Assembly: GCA_951406725.2 (NCBI GenBank)
Contig: OX597819.1
Location: 40,548,001-40,612,000, forward strand
DNA: 64,000 nucleotides
Origin: Octopus vulgaris
Lineage: Eukaryota
Direction: 5' to 3'
Position 1 is the first letter of the stretch, and every line of letters starts with the position of its first letter. Shown piece after piece: positions 25,925 through 34,580 of the stretch. A program made the translations under genes and the position numbers. The notes under the pieces are model-generated. The model was not told where the DNA came from. It searched no databases and worked only from the letters and a program-made list of their open reading frames with translations.

Positions 25925-26305
25925 AATAAATAAATACAAAAATGGGACAAGAATGCAAAGCATCCAGACAGACGATACAAGGAAATCAAGGATGGATCAT
26001 TCGGAGTTTTCTATCCTCAGTCGAGTTCCAGATTATCTTTGCAATTTCGGCTGGTTATACTTGAGATTGCTCCCATCTGGCCAGCCCCAAGGGAAAATAA
26101 GCTAAGAGCATTAGATTCCTTGGAAGAAAGCAGCGAATGTATACAAAACAAAGACAGATGGCAGCGTGGGTTTCCATCCTGACATCCGAAAATCAAAGTT
26201 TTATCATGGCTACCGAATAATTGTCACATATTATATTTACAGATAAATTCCTCTATTTACATAATATTGAGGTCTTTCATTCTTTTGTTGTCTTACCATT
26301 TCTAT

Positions 26306-26356
<51 letters not shown>

Positions 26357-26871
26357 GATAGATAGATAGATAGATAGATATATTCATATATATATATATA
26401 TTTATATATATTCATATATATAGATATCATCATTGTTTAGCGTCCGCTTTCCATGCTACCATGGCTTGGACAGTTCAACTGGGGTCTGGGAAGCCAGAAG
26501 ACTGCACCAGACACAGTCTGATCTGGCGATGTTTCTACGGCTGGATGCCCTTCCTAACGCCAACCACTCCGTGAGTGTAGTGGGTGCTTTTTACATGCCA
26601 GATGAGGCTGGCAAACGGCCACGATCGGATGGTGCTTTTTACATGCTACTGGCACGGGGGCCAGGCGAGGCTGGCCATGATGATGATGATGATATATATT
26701 TATATATATATAGATAGATAGATATATAGAAAAAACACTATTATGCAATTCAAACAATGATAGATATAAACCAAATCATAAATAAAAAATAAAATATATT
26801 TTAAAACATATAACTAGATCACAAAAAATACAAATATGAATAAACAATATATAAGTAAAAAAACTCCCTAA

Positions 26872-26909
<38 letters not shown>

Positions 26910-29900
26910 GTATATTCTGTTGTGGTGTGGTTTGTTGATTTCCTTTGATATTTTTACTAATGAATCTAAATTTTCAGTATTACTCTTTCTATTTGTTACA
27001 GGCCTGCACCCTTGTGAAACACAATATTACTGAGTATGAACATTATATGGAAGAAATACGGAATTACCTGGAAGAAAAACTTGAGGTGCTGAAGCTCTCC
27101 CTAATTCCCTTTTTGCATGTCTATATTAGATGGTGTAGGTGGGGGTGGGGATGGATTTTAAAGAAAGTGTTCTGAAAGCATAATTGCCAGAATAAGAGAA
27201 GGGCAAGGTAAAGTCCTGGAAGTTGCTACCTCAGCTAGCAACAACAAGATTTTCAGTTGATCCTAATCTTTTAGCATTTATACCAGCTATATCAGGCTGA
27301 GGTATTTTATGTGTTTTATGTTTGAACTGGCCAAATCCAGTTTTTCACATTTAGCCAGCAGTGTAATTCTAAATAAACAGTCACATCATCAAAATTTTGA
27401 GACTTTGGGATAATGCATAATTAATTTGAAACAGTGAGAATGAAGAAGTATTACACTCGACTCTTATTCAATAATTAACAATTAATCAACACTTGTATTC
27501 GATACTTGTGTTTAGTATGTCATTGTTCCGCAACAGTGTCAGAATGAATTTAAGCATTGATTAAGTGTCAGAATGTTAAGTGTGGTAGTTTAGCTAGTGA
27601 ATGCAAGTTCAGTAATCTCAGGGTCAGCCAATCTGTATATACTCTGGTTGAAACATGAATAAACTTAGTGGTATCTAAGTAAATTAAGTAAGGAGAATCT
27701 CCCTGGGATAAACAATGAAATGAGAACAGTCATAAAAGAACAGAAATAAACATTTCATTTCCAAATGCCAAGAACATTACTAAGTAAGACAAAGTAGCTG
27801 AAGATGACCATCGAATACAATGACTGAAACATTGTGGATCCAGTAGCCTAGAGGAGGAATTTGTTCTCTTCTCAGAAATTTCATAAAATTTTGAAACTCA
27901 CACATTTCCACTTTATGTTTTCTTGTACTATAGTGAACTCTGTAAAGTTTAAATTAGTCTCTGGTAAACCATTTTTCTGTTCTTTCAGTTTGCTTGCATT
28001 GATAAGGCTCTTGGGATAGGCATAAACCTCACAGGTCCCCATCACTTTAGAAACCCCATACATTAGAAACCTGTGTCCCCATACATTAGAAACCTGTGTC
28101 ATTTTTATCCATCTTCTCCACCCACTATTCTTAAGAGGGCTGTTGGGGTAGAGCCCTTAGACACTACCTCCACAGAGACCTACCAGAAGCAACTGTCATT
28201 AGTCTTTCTGGTTGGACTCTCAAGCTCAACCAACTGAGATCATGGATATTATCCATCCATCTTGTTCTTGGTCTACCTGTAGATCTCCTGTTGGTTGGCT
28301 TAACTTGAAGAATTTTTTTTGCAGTTCTTTCCTGCAACATTCTAACCACATATCCTTAGTACCAGATCTATGATCTCCCAATGTTGTGTTGGATTTGGGT
28401 GACAGGAATGCATAGTCTCGTTTCTCCTTTTCATAATTTTTATGAGCTGGACTGACATGCACTGCTATTGTGGATGTGACATCACAATTAGTGAATATAG
28501 GATTGGTCAGCCAATTTTAAGAAATCTTAATTTAAAAAATTTTTTTTTTTATTATCCAGGAAACTTTTGGTGCAGATAATGTAAAGTTTAATGGTCGAAT
28601 ACCTGGTGTTCCCAGACTGCCAAACACATGTAATGTTTCCATATTAGATGGACATTTGGAAGGTAAGTTTTCTTATGTGATTTGTTATATTTTTATCCTG
28701 GATTTGTTTTGACGTGTTTTTAAATCCTGGTAGAAGACATAGTTAGATTGTTATATCAATTAGTCACAGATTTAAATAATATAGCATTCAAGATTGTAAG
28801 ATTGTCATCATCATTATTATTACTAGTAAGGTGGCAAGTTGGCAGAATCGTTAGCGTGCTGGACGAAATACAGTGGTTTTTTGTCCGTTGTTATGTTCTG
28901 AGTTCAAATTCCACTGTGGTTGGCTTTGCCTGTCATCTTATCAGGGTTGATAAAATAAGTACCAGTTGAACACTGGGGTCAATGTGATCAACTCATCCCC
29001 TCCCCCAAAATTGCTGCCCTTGTGGCAAAATTTGAAACTATTATTATCGTTCTATATTTAAGAGATGAGGAATTATGTACATTAATTACATTATTTACAT
29101 TATTTATATTTGACAGATATTTGTCCTCATCTTGTTTGTTGTTAACACAATGTTTTGGCTGATATACCCTCCAGCCTTCATCAGGTGTCTTGGGGAAATT
29201 TTGAACCTGGGTTCTCATTCCTACACCATGGGCATATGGCATAGTGGTTATGAGCACGGGCTACTAACCCCAAGATTCCGAGTTCGATTCCTGGCTGTGA
29301 CCTTAATAATAACAACAACATCAAAAAATACCTTAGGAATGAGAACCCAGGTTCAAAATTTCCCCCAAGACACCTGATGCGGGTTGGAGGGTATATCAGC
29401 TGAAACGTGTTAACAACAAACAAGATGAGGACAAATATCTGTCAAATATAAATAATGTAAATAATGTACTATTATTATTGTTAGTTAACAGCTATTTTCC
29501 ATGCTGCATGAGTTAGATGGTTTAATAAGATCCAGTAAGCCACAGGACTACTTTGTATTCCAGGCATGTGATTAAACATGCTGAATGCTCCAAGCTGGTG
29601 GAACCTGTAGAAAAGAGTGACCAAAGAAGATATTGGTCAATGTGGTATAGACTGATGTGAGGGGACTGAACCTCATGAGGGACATGACAAGTGACTATCG
29701 CTTGTAGTGAAGCAATGTTAGACTGAGACAAAGTGACAAGAGTGGCATCACTTTGTCTCCAACAATTCAGTGTGACACCAGTGCAGAATCACCTCCCTCT
29801 GACAAGTCATCCTAACGAGACGTCTGTGTTGGCTGGGTCATGCCCTCCGTTGTCAACCAGAATTCATCTACGAAGCAATTGCCCCAGTTCCCCTTCAGGG

Positions 29901-32900
29901 TTGGCGAAAGCGATGTGGTGGACAACGAGAAACCTGGCTGATGACAGTCAAGGCTGATCTGGAACCCAACTTAGGCCCCCATATCTATGGCGTTCGCCGC
30001 TGGAATAAGGAGTGGTTGGAGATCACGCGGTCGTTAGCCTCAAATCACCAGGCCTGGTCGGCGTTTGTGAGAGCTGCAGTATTGAGGATAAATGAAGCCA
30101 GCTCAACCCACCCCGGATGAATGCTGTCTCAAGTCAAGTCAAGTCAATGTTAGACTGGACATTCTTAACCCATTCAGTCATAGAAAAACAAGTTTAACCC
30201 TTTCATTACCAAACCGGCTCTGGCTCTGAATACAAATGTTTTGTTTTCATAAGTTTTGAATTAAAAGCTTCCACCAAACCTTGGTCACAGTTTATGTTAC
30301 TAACACTAGCTGAATGATAACTAAGTTGTTTTACTAAATTCTTTGTTATATTCAAAGTAATTAAAAGAAACACAGAGCATCTCAAAATAAATACGGTAAT
30401 GAAAGGGTTAAAGATGTTGGTCATGGTGGTGATGGAGATTGGGTAGTGTATTATTTACATTTGGGTTCATGCCATTAATTCCTGCTAGTTTCCAGATGTT
30501 TAGATGTAGCAACCTTTACATAATTAACAGAAATAAAAACAAGATGGGAGTGTATCATCATATGATTTCTTATTGTAATAAGAGATACCAAAATTTATAT
30601 TTTACTGCACTGTTCATCCATTGATTAGTTACATAATAATGTCACATTATCAAAAATGTGTATAAATCACTATTCCTTGTTGCATTTTTATTTATATTTT
30701 TGTATATAAGAGCTGAAATTTATGTGAATAGGACCAGTGTCTTTTGTAAGGATTAATATATACGTTTGTACTTGTAAATTTATACTTATGTATTTATTTG
30801 TTTCCAGGTAGAAAAATATTGTCCCATGTAAAGTTAATTAAAGCCAGTGTTGGAGCTGCATGTCATTCAAGTGATAAAAACAGGTGAGACTAATTATCAA
30901 AGTTAGTGGTTCAATACATGAAAGAACATATTTAATGCGGTTTGTAAAATGTTCAGGCTTATATTGTTTCATTGAATTCCTTGTGGCCAAGTAAGTCGTG
31001 GAACTTGAGTTCAATCATTAAATGTTTACCTCTTTAGTATTTAAACTGATAATGTCTGGACCCGTGTATTTTTTTGTTTTTTGAATTTTTCCTTCTTTGT
31101 TCAGACTGGCCAGATCCAACCTCTCGCATTTACCCTACATTGTCATTCTAAACATTAACAATCACAACCTCGAAATCCTGAAGCTACAAGATAATACATG
31201 TTTAACTCAAAACAATGTGAATAAATAAGCATTACATTTCACAGGGTGATTAGAATGTTAATGGGTTAAGCAAGTTTCCTTATCATTTACTTTGGTTCTG
31301 TCCTCCTGGTAGAAATCATCCTTAGTGCCAAAGAAGCAGATTAGCTGTAAAACCTGTTCGTAGAACACAGGTTTATCTAACAATACTAACACACAGTATT
31401 AATAACTAGTTAGTGATTAAAGTTAACATGTTGTACTGTTGACATCATAGTAATAAGGTTCAAAGCTTTGCAAGCACTGTTTAATATTTCAGGATAAGCA
31501 ATATTTTTGCAGGTTTCAGTTCTGTTATTAAAATCAGGTACCCTTTCTGCTTCATAGTTGAGGGAATTAACAAAAGATATCCGACTCCAAAACCAGCTGT
31601 TCCAAGAGGCCAGAGCTGACATAAAATAGACAGAATATTTGGGCCAGATATGGTCGGTTTATGTGCTAAAGAGATAAGTCTTGCTTGCTCAGTTCTGTCT
31701 GTAAAGAAGAACCATGAAATTGATGCTGCTCATTGCTATAGACATGGGAGACCACTCTGTAATTGCTAAGCATTTTGTTATCTATCTGTACAGATTTTGA
31801 GTTACAGGAATCCATTCCAGTGTATTATTGCACGAAAATCCTGTAAATGTTTTATCAAGGTCACCGAGCACCATTTGATGCAGTTGCTTTATTTAATACA
31901 TGTACACTTACAAGGTTGTAAACTACTGATGATATGGGCATATAAGTCTAAATCTTACTGAAGCTGTTGTGACTCTGAGCAGAGCATACACATATAATTT
32001 TGCTTGCTGCAGATTTCCTGATGGCTAAGAAGCAGTCTTCACTCTTCCATCACAGTTAAGAAAATTCTTTTACCAGTAAGATAGAGCATTCAGCTGTAAA
32101 ACTGAAATGTTTGTACACACTTGTGTGTGCACCTGTGCATGTATATATGTGTGTGCGTGTTGTATAAATGAATATATATATATATATAAACAACTTATAA
32201 ACAAGGGCAAAAGAAAAAATTCTGATGCCAAATATGCTGAAAATAGACAAATCGTCAATAACCATATAATTTATCACTATAAGCATGCATCTTGAAGTAA
32301 GCCAACAGAAATTTCTAAAAATTTCCGTTATTGTATCGGTCCCAATTTCAGAGTTAATTCATAAGAATTTTCTCCTCGTCAGCGATAAATACGGTAAGAA
32401 ATAAATGAAATACTTACTTATATCTATGGAAGAAGCAAACACTAAGTCATGAGCACACCTAAGTACCCCAAATATATCCAAAATAGAAATTCTCCAGCAC
32501 ACCTCGAGACACGTGCGATCGGACTGAAAACTCTCGTAGAGTGAGAGAGTCCGGAAGTGAACACTATTAAATTTACATCTAATATTTTTCTTTTGCCCTT
32601 GTTTATAAGTTGTTTATAAATTTAACCTTTAAAGGTATTTTTTAATATGCTGGCCATTGATAGAATTTTTTTTCGAAAAATTTTATCCTATTTTAGATAT
32701 ATATATTATGTATTTCATATATATACATACATTCTCTTTTTCGTTTCTTTTTTCCAGTGTTAATAGTGTCTTGTTAGCCTCTGGTATTCCAGAAGATGTT
32801 GCTAAAAGTTCTATCCGCTTATCAGTCGGGCGTGAGACATCCTTAAATGACATTGCCATTGCTGTAGAAGATCTGAAACAAGCCGTGTCACTGGCGAAAT

Positions 32901-32929
32901 CCAAGGATGCTGCTGCTGATACTGATTGA
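14094..32929 (+). CDS. SCLY: Selenocysteine lyase (class V PLP enzyme), spliced CDS of 12 exons
   Basis: All exons join in frame with GT-AG introns; motifs [21 protein letters not shown] (Asp typical of SCLY rather than NFS1/IscS Lys), HTDAAQ, GHK (PLP Lys) [20 protein letters not shown] (catalytic Cys), IRLSVGR. Confidence 0.93.
14620..15000 (-). mobile_element. CR1-type LINE 3' fragment
   Basis: RGHSKKLY...[21 protein letters not shown] on -; (TTGAA)n-like tail. Confidence 0.8.
15300..16460 (+). mobile_element. Old CR1/L2/Jockey-group LINE reverse transcriptase relic
   Basis: [27 protein letters not shown] resembles decayed DISKAFDRVWH...PTLFLLYINDL; similar relic on - at ~12540-13030. 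Confidence 0.6.
16610..16681 (+). CDS. SCLY: SCLY exon: [24 protein letters not shown]
   Basis: ttctag| and |gtaagt, phase 1-1. Confidence 0.9.
18622..18650 (+). CDS. SCLY: SCLY exon: [10 protein letters not shown]
   Basis: ttgcag| and |gtaatt; conserved motif. Confidence 0.92.
19733..20097 (-). mobile_element. CR1-type LINE 3' fragment
   Basis: [16 protein letters not shown]...RGHSEKLY...WNKLPDEMV; (TAAC)n tail; same family as 14620-15000. Confidence 0.85.
21705..21892 (+). pseudogene. U2 snRNA retrocopy (degenerate)
   Basis: ATCAAAGTGTAGTATCT (branch-point pairing region), TTAATATCTGAT, ATATTAAA, GCTTGCTCC, CCTGGTATTGCAGCACCTCCAGG (stem-loop IV) in U2 order; 5' stem-loop and Sm site mutated. 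Confidence 0.88.
22029..22200 (+). CDS. SCLY: SCLY exon: ANNMILQ...[17 protein letters not shown]...TA
   Basis: tccag| and |gtagct. Confidence 0.9.
22537..22800 (-). mobile_element. RTE 3'-UTR copy
   Basis: Same tail as 9240-9405; further copies at 26425-26690, 42946-43405, 53225-53600, 56505-57100 (-). Confidence 0.8.
23028..23155 (+). CDS. SCLY: SCLY exon: [12 protein letters not shown]...[11 protein letters not shown]
   Basis: ttgcag| and |gttagt. Confidence 0.9.
23259..23417 (+). CDS. SCLY: SCLY exon: PIAKIC...[11 protein letters not shown]...MTIVGHK
   Basis: tatag| and |gtaaac; PLP-binding lysine. Confidence 0.93.
24533..24639 (+). CDS. SCLY: SCLY exon: FYGPRIGA...[11 protein letters not shown]
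   Basis: cttag| and |gtaagt. Confidence 0.92.
25453..25489 (+). CDS. SCLY: SCLY exon: [12 protein letters not shown]
   Basis: tatag| and |gtaagt. Confidence 0.9.
25922..26308. repeat. Unclassified interspersed repeat fragment embedded in (TA)n/(TC)n microsatellites
   Basis: Complex sequence bounded on both sides by microsatellites, context like the Penelope-related elements in this window. Confidence 0.4.
27002..27085 (+). CDS. SCLY: SCLY exon: ACTLVKHN...RNYLEEKLE
   Basis: tacag| and |gtgctg, phase 0-0. Confidence 0.85.
28100..28500 (-). mobile_element. RTE LINE C-terminal relic
   Basis: GHMVRM...[13 protein letters not shown] on -. Confidence 0.7.
28560..28662 (+). CDS. SCLY: SCLY exon: [12 protein letters not shown]...[10 protein letters not shown]...LE
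   Basis: tccag| and |gtaagt. Confidence 0.92.
29047..29469 (+). mobile_element. Non-autonomous element: tRNA-like head + hammerhead-containing body, preceded by an inverted copy of its 3' part
   Basis: ~135-bp inverted arms 29087-29223 / 29334-29468; tRNA-like segment 29230-29302; CTGATGA..GGCTG/CAGCC..GAAAC core reconstructed from the two arms. Confidence 0.8.
29230..29302 (+). pseudogene. tRNA-like (Arg-ACG-resembling) Pol III head, not a functional tRNA
   Basis: A box TGGCATAGTGG, B box GTTCGATTC, AAGATTCC and TCCTGGCTG segments as in tRNA-Arg; acceptor stem poorly paired. Confidence 0.65.
29560..30147 (+). mobile_element. RTE LINE 3' relic with (CAAGT)n tail
   Basis: Decayed C-terminal ORF ([25 protein letters not shown]) followed by TCAAGTCAAGTCAAGTC. 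Confidence 0.6.
30198..30407. mobile_element. piggyBac-type MITE
   Basis: 13-bp TIR CCCTTTCATTACC / GGTAATGAAAGGG flanked by TTAA on both sides. Confidence 0.85.
30808..30883 (+). CDS. SCLY: SCLY exon: GRKILSHV...[13 protein letters not shown]
   Basis: tccag| and |gtgaga; catalytic Cys. Confidence 0.92.
32185..32618 (-). mobile_element. Non-autonomous hammerhead-containing element with inverted termini
   Basis: ~35-bp perfect inverted ends TATAAACAACTTATAAACAAGGGCAAAAGAAAAA; internal hammerhead-like fold 32334-32387; inserted next to (TA)n. Confidence 0.7.
32758..32929 (+). CDS. SCLY: SCLY last coding exon: [11 protein letters not shown]...[10 protein letters not shown]...DTD*
   Basis: ttccag| acceptor, TGA at 32927-32929. 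Confidence 0.92.
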
Positions 32930-33031
32930 AGAGATGAAATCAAGCTAAAGTTAACAAAATCTTTTTTCATGCTTGGTCTGGTGCTTTTTTTCTCTGAATT
33001 ATGTGATCTTTCTTGGAAGAATCATAATTGT

Positions 33032-33140
33032 AATAAAAAAAAGAAAATGTACATGGTTGTACCTTTTTTTGGTCAAAGAAGAAGGGTTTTATAGACACAT
33101 GTTTACAAAATTTATGTAACTCTGTCTTGTGCAGAATAAA
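33032..33140 (+). terminator. Candidate proximal poly(A) signals of SCLY
   Basis: AATAAA at 33032-33037 and 33135-33140. Confidence 0.45.
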
Positions 33141-33599
33141 TCAGTTTTCTAACACACAGTAATGGAGAAACAGATGATAAAAGGAATGGTTTTTCAGCAA
33201 TAGCTTGTTAGTTTTATTACCACTTATTTTCCTCCTGTAGGTTTTTAATGTTTTTTTCATTTTTTCATTTCATTTTTTAAATAATATTTATTATTATTAT
33301 TATTATTATTTATAGTAATAGTAGTTGTAGTAGTAGTAGTAGTAGTTTAAAAACATTCATTTCTTGGGTGGTTACTAAAAATTTTTTATCTGTGATAACT
33401 TTGAATTAATTTATCATGAAATTTTTATTATGCCTCTTTTAAGGTGAAATGGATGAAGAATGACATTATATCTTAAGAGCTATAACATTTTTGCTTTAGA
33501 CATTGCTCTGATTTTCACAGATTACGGGACATAAATGATAGCATTTATTGAATGTTTTAGATATTTTCCTGTAAAAACTTAAGTTGCTGACAGTAATTG

Positions 33600-34580
33600 T
33601 ATTTTGCTGTAACCATAGGAACTAAGCAGAAGCTGAAATGAATGTGATGAAGCTGCAAGCTCCTGGAAGGGTAGTTGTAAGCTTACATCACTTGATCGGT
33701 GGTAGCTGAGATCCCAAGGTGTGTTCACAGGCCTTTTGCATAGTCTGAAGCGTTCTGCGTTGCTGGCATCCGCAACCCCTTCACACATTTGAAGTGTTCT
33801 GGTGTTGCTAGCATTTGTCTGATAGCTGGAGTGTTCTGGTGTATTCAGACATTCTGCTGTGGGAACTTTGCCTTGCTGACAGTGTATGCTGTTCTGACCA
33901 TAGAACGTTAAGTGGAAGCTGAAACAATTGTGATGAAGCTGCAATTCCTGGATGGGTTTTTGCATGGTTGCATCTTTTGATTGGCAGCTAATGTAGTATG
34001 GTATAGTCTCAGGACTTGTCATACATATATATGTCTGCCTCACAGCTGGAATTTTTTGGTGTAGTCAAATGCAATATTACTTGACTCAGCTGAAATATTC
34101 TGGTATCACCCGCCTAACAGCCTCGTGTATTCTGGTGTAGTCACGTTGTGTCGAAATGCTACGTGTTCTGATGTAATCAGAGTATGTGATGCACAGCCTG
34201 AAGCATTCTGGTGTAGTTAATGCATGTTGCACTGCCTGAGGTATTCCAGTGTAGTTAATGCATGTCAAACAGATGGTAATGGTCAGGTGTGCCCATAACA
34301 AGTGACGTGGTTTGAAGTTGTTTTGGTCTAGTCACAGTTACCTGGTATCTGCGTCAAGTCACTGTACTTGATTGCAGCTTGATGTGTTTCCAATGTAAAG
34401 TGCTAAAGTGTTTTTTTATGTCCTGACAGCATCTTGTATGCTGTCTCTATTTTTACAACATAGTTGCAGTTCATAATGCATAAAGCTTAAAGTGTTCCAA
34501 CACAGAGATTTGCTTAAACACTTAAGATGTTGTCACAAAGCATCTGACACAATAAATGAAGTATTCTGAAGTAATAATCA
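33600..34580. repeat. Degenerate direct-repeat array (~20-bp motif, ~36-45 bp period, plus ~290-bp duplication)
   Basis: Recurrent GCYTGAAGYRTTCTGGTGTAGT-like motif; 33610-33710 duplicated at 33897-33992. Confidence 0.7.

Noticed and set aside
25990-26025. CTGAGGA...CGAATG hammerhead-like words on -
   Set aside because: GAAA incomplete and stems could not be formed convincingly
29230-29302. Functional tRNA gene with ACT anticodon
   Set aside because: Acceptor and anticodon stems imperfect, no T-run terminator, fused to a repeat body
32518-32554. Second hammerhead-like hairpin CGGA-CTGAAA-ACTCT-CGT-AGAGT-GAGA-GAG-TCCG on +
   Set aside because: Both core boxes deviate and no NUH site; may be an ordinary hairpin
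32927-33200. SCLY TGA as selenocysteine/readthrough codon
   Set aside because: Homology is complete before the stop and no SECIS-like AUGA/AA/GA hairpin was seen; SCLY is not a known selenoprotein
33579-34301. Minus-strand ORFs of 154 and 71 aa over the motif array
   Set aside because: The repeat is read in changing frames, no recognisable domain or splice structure; likely incidental
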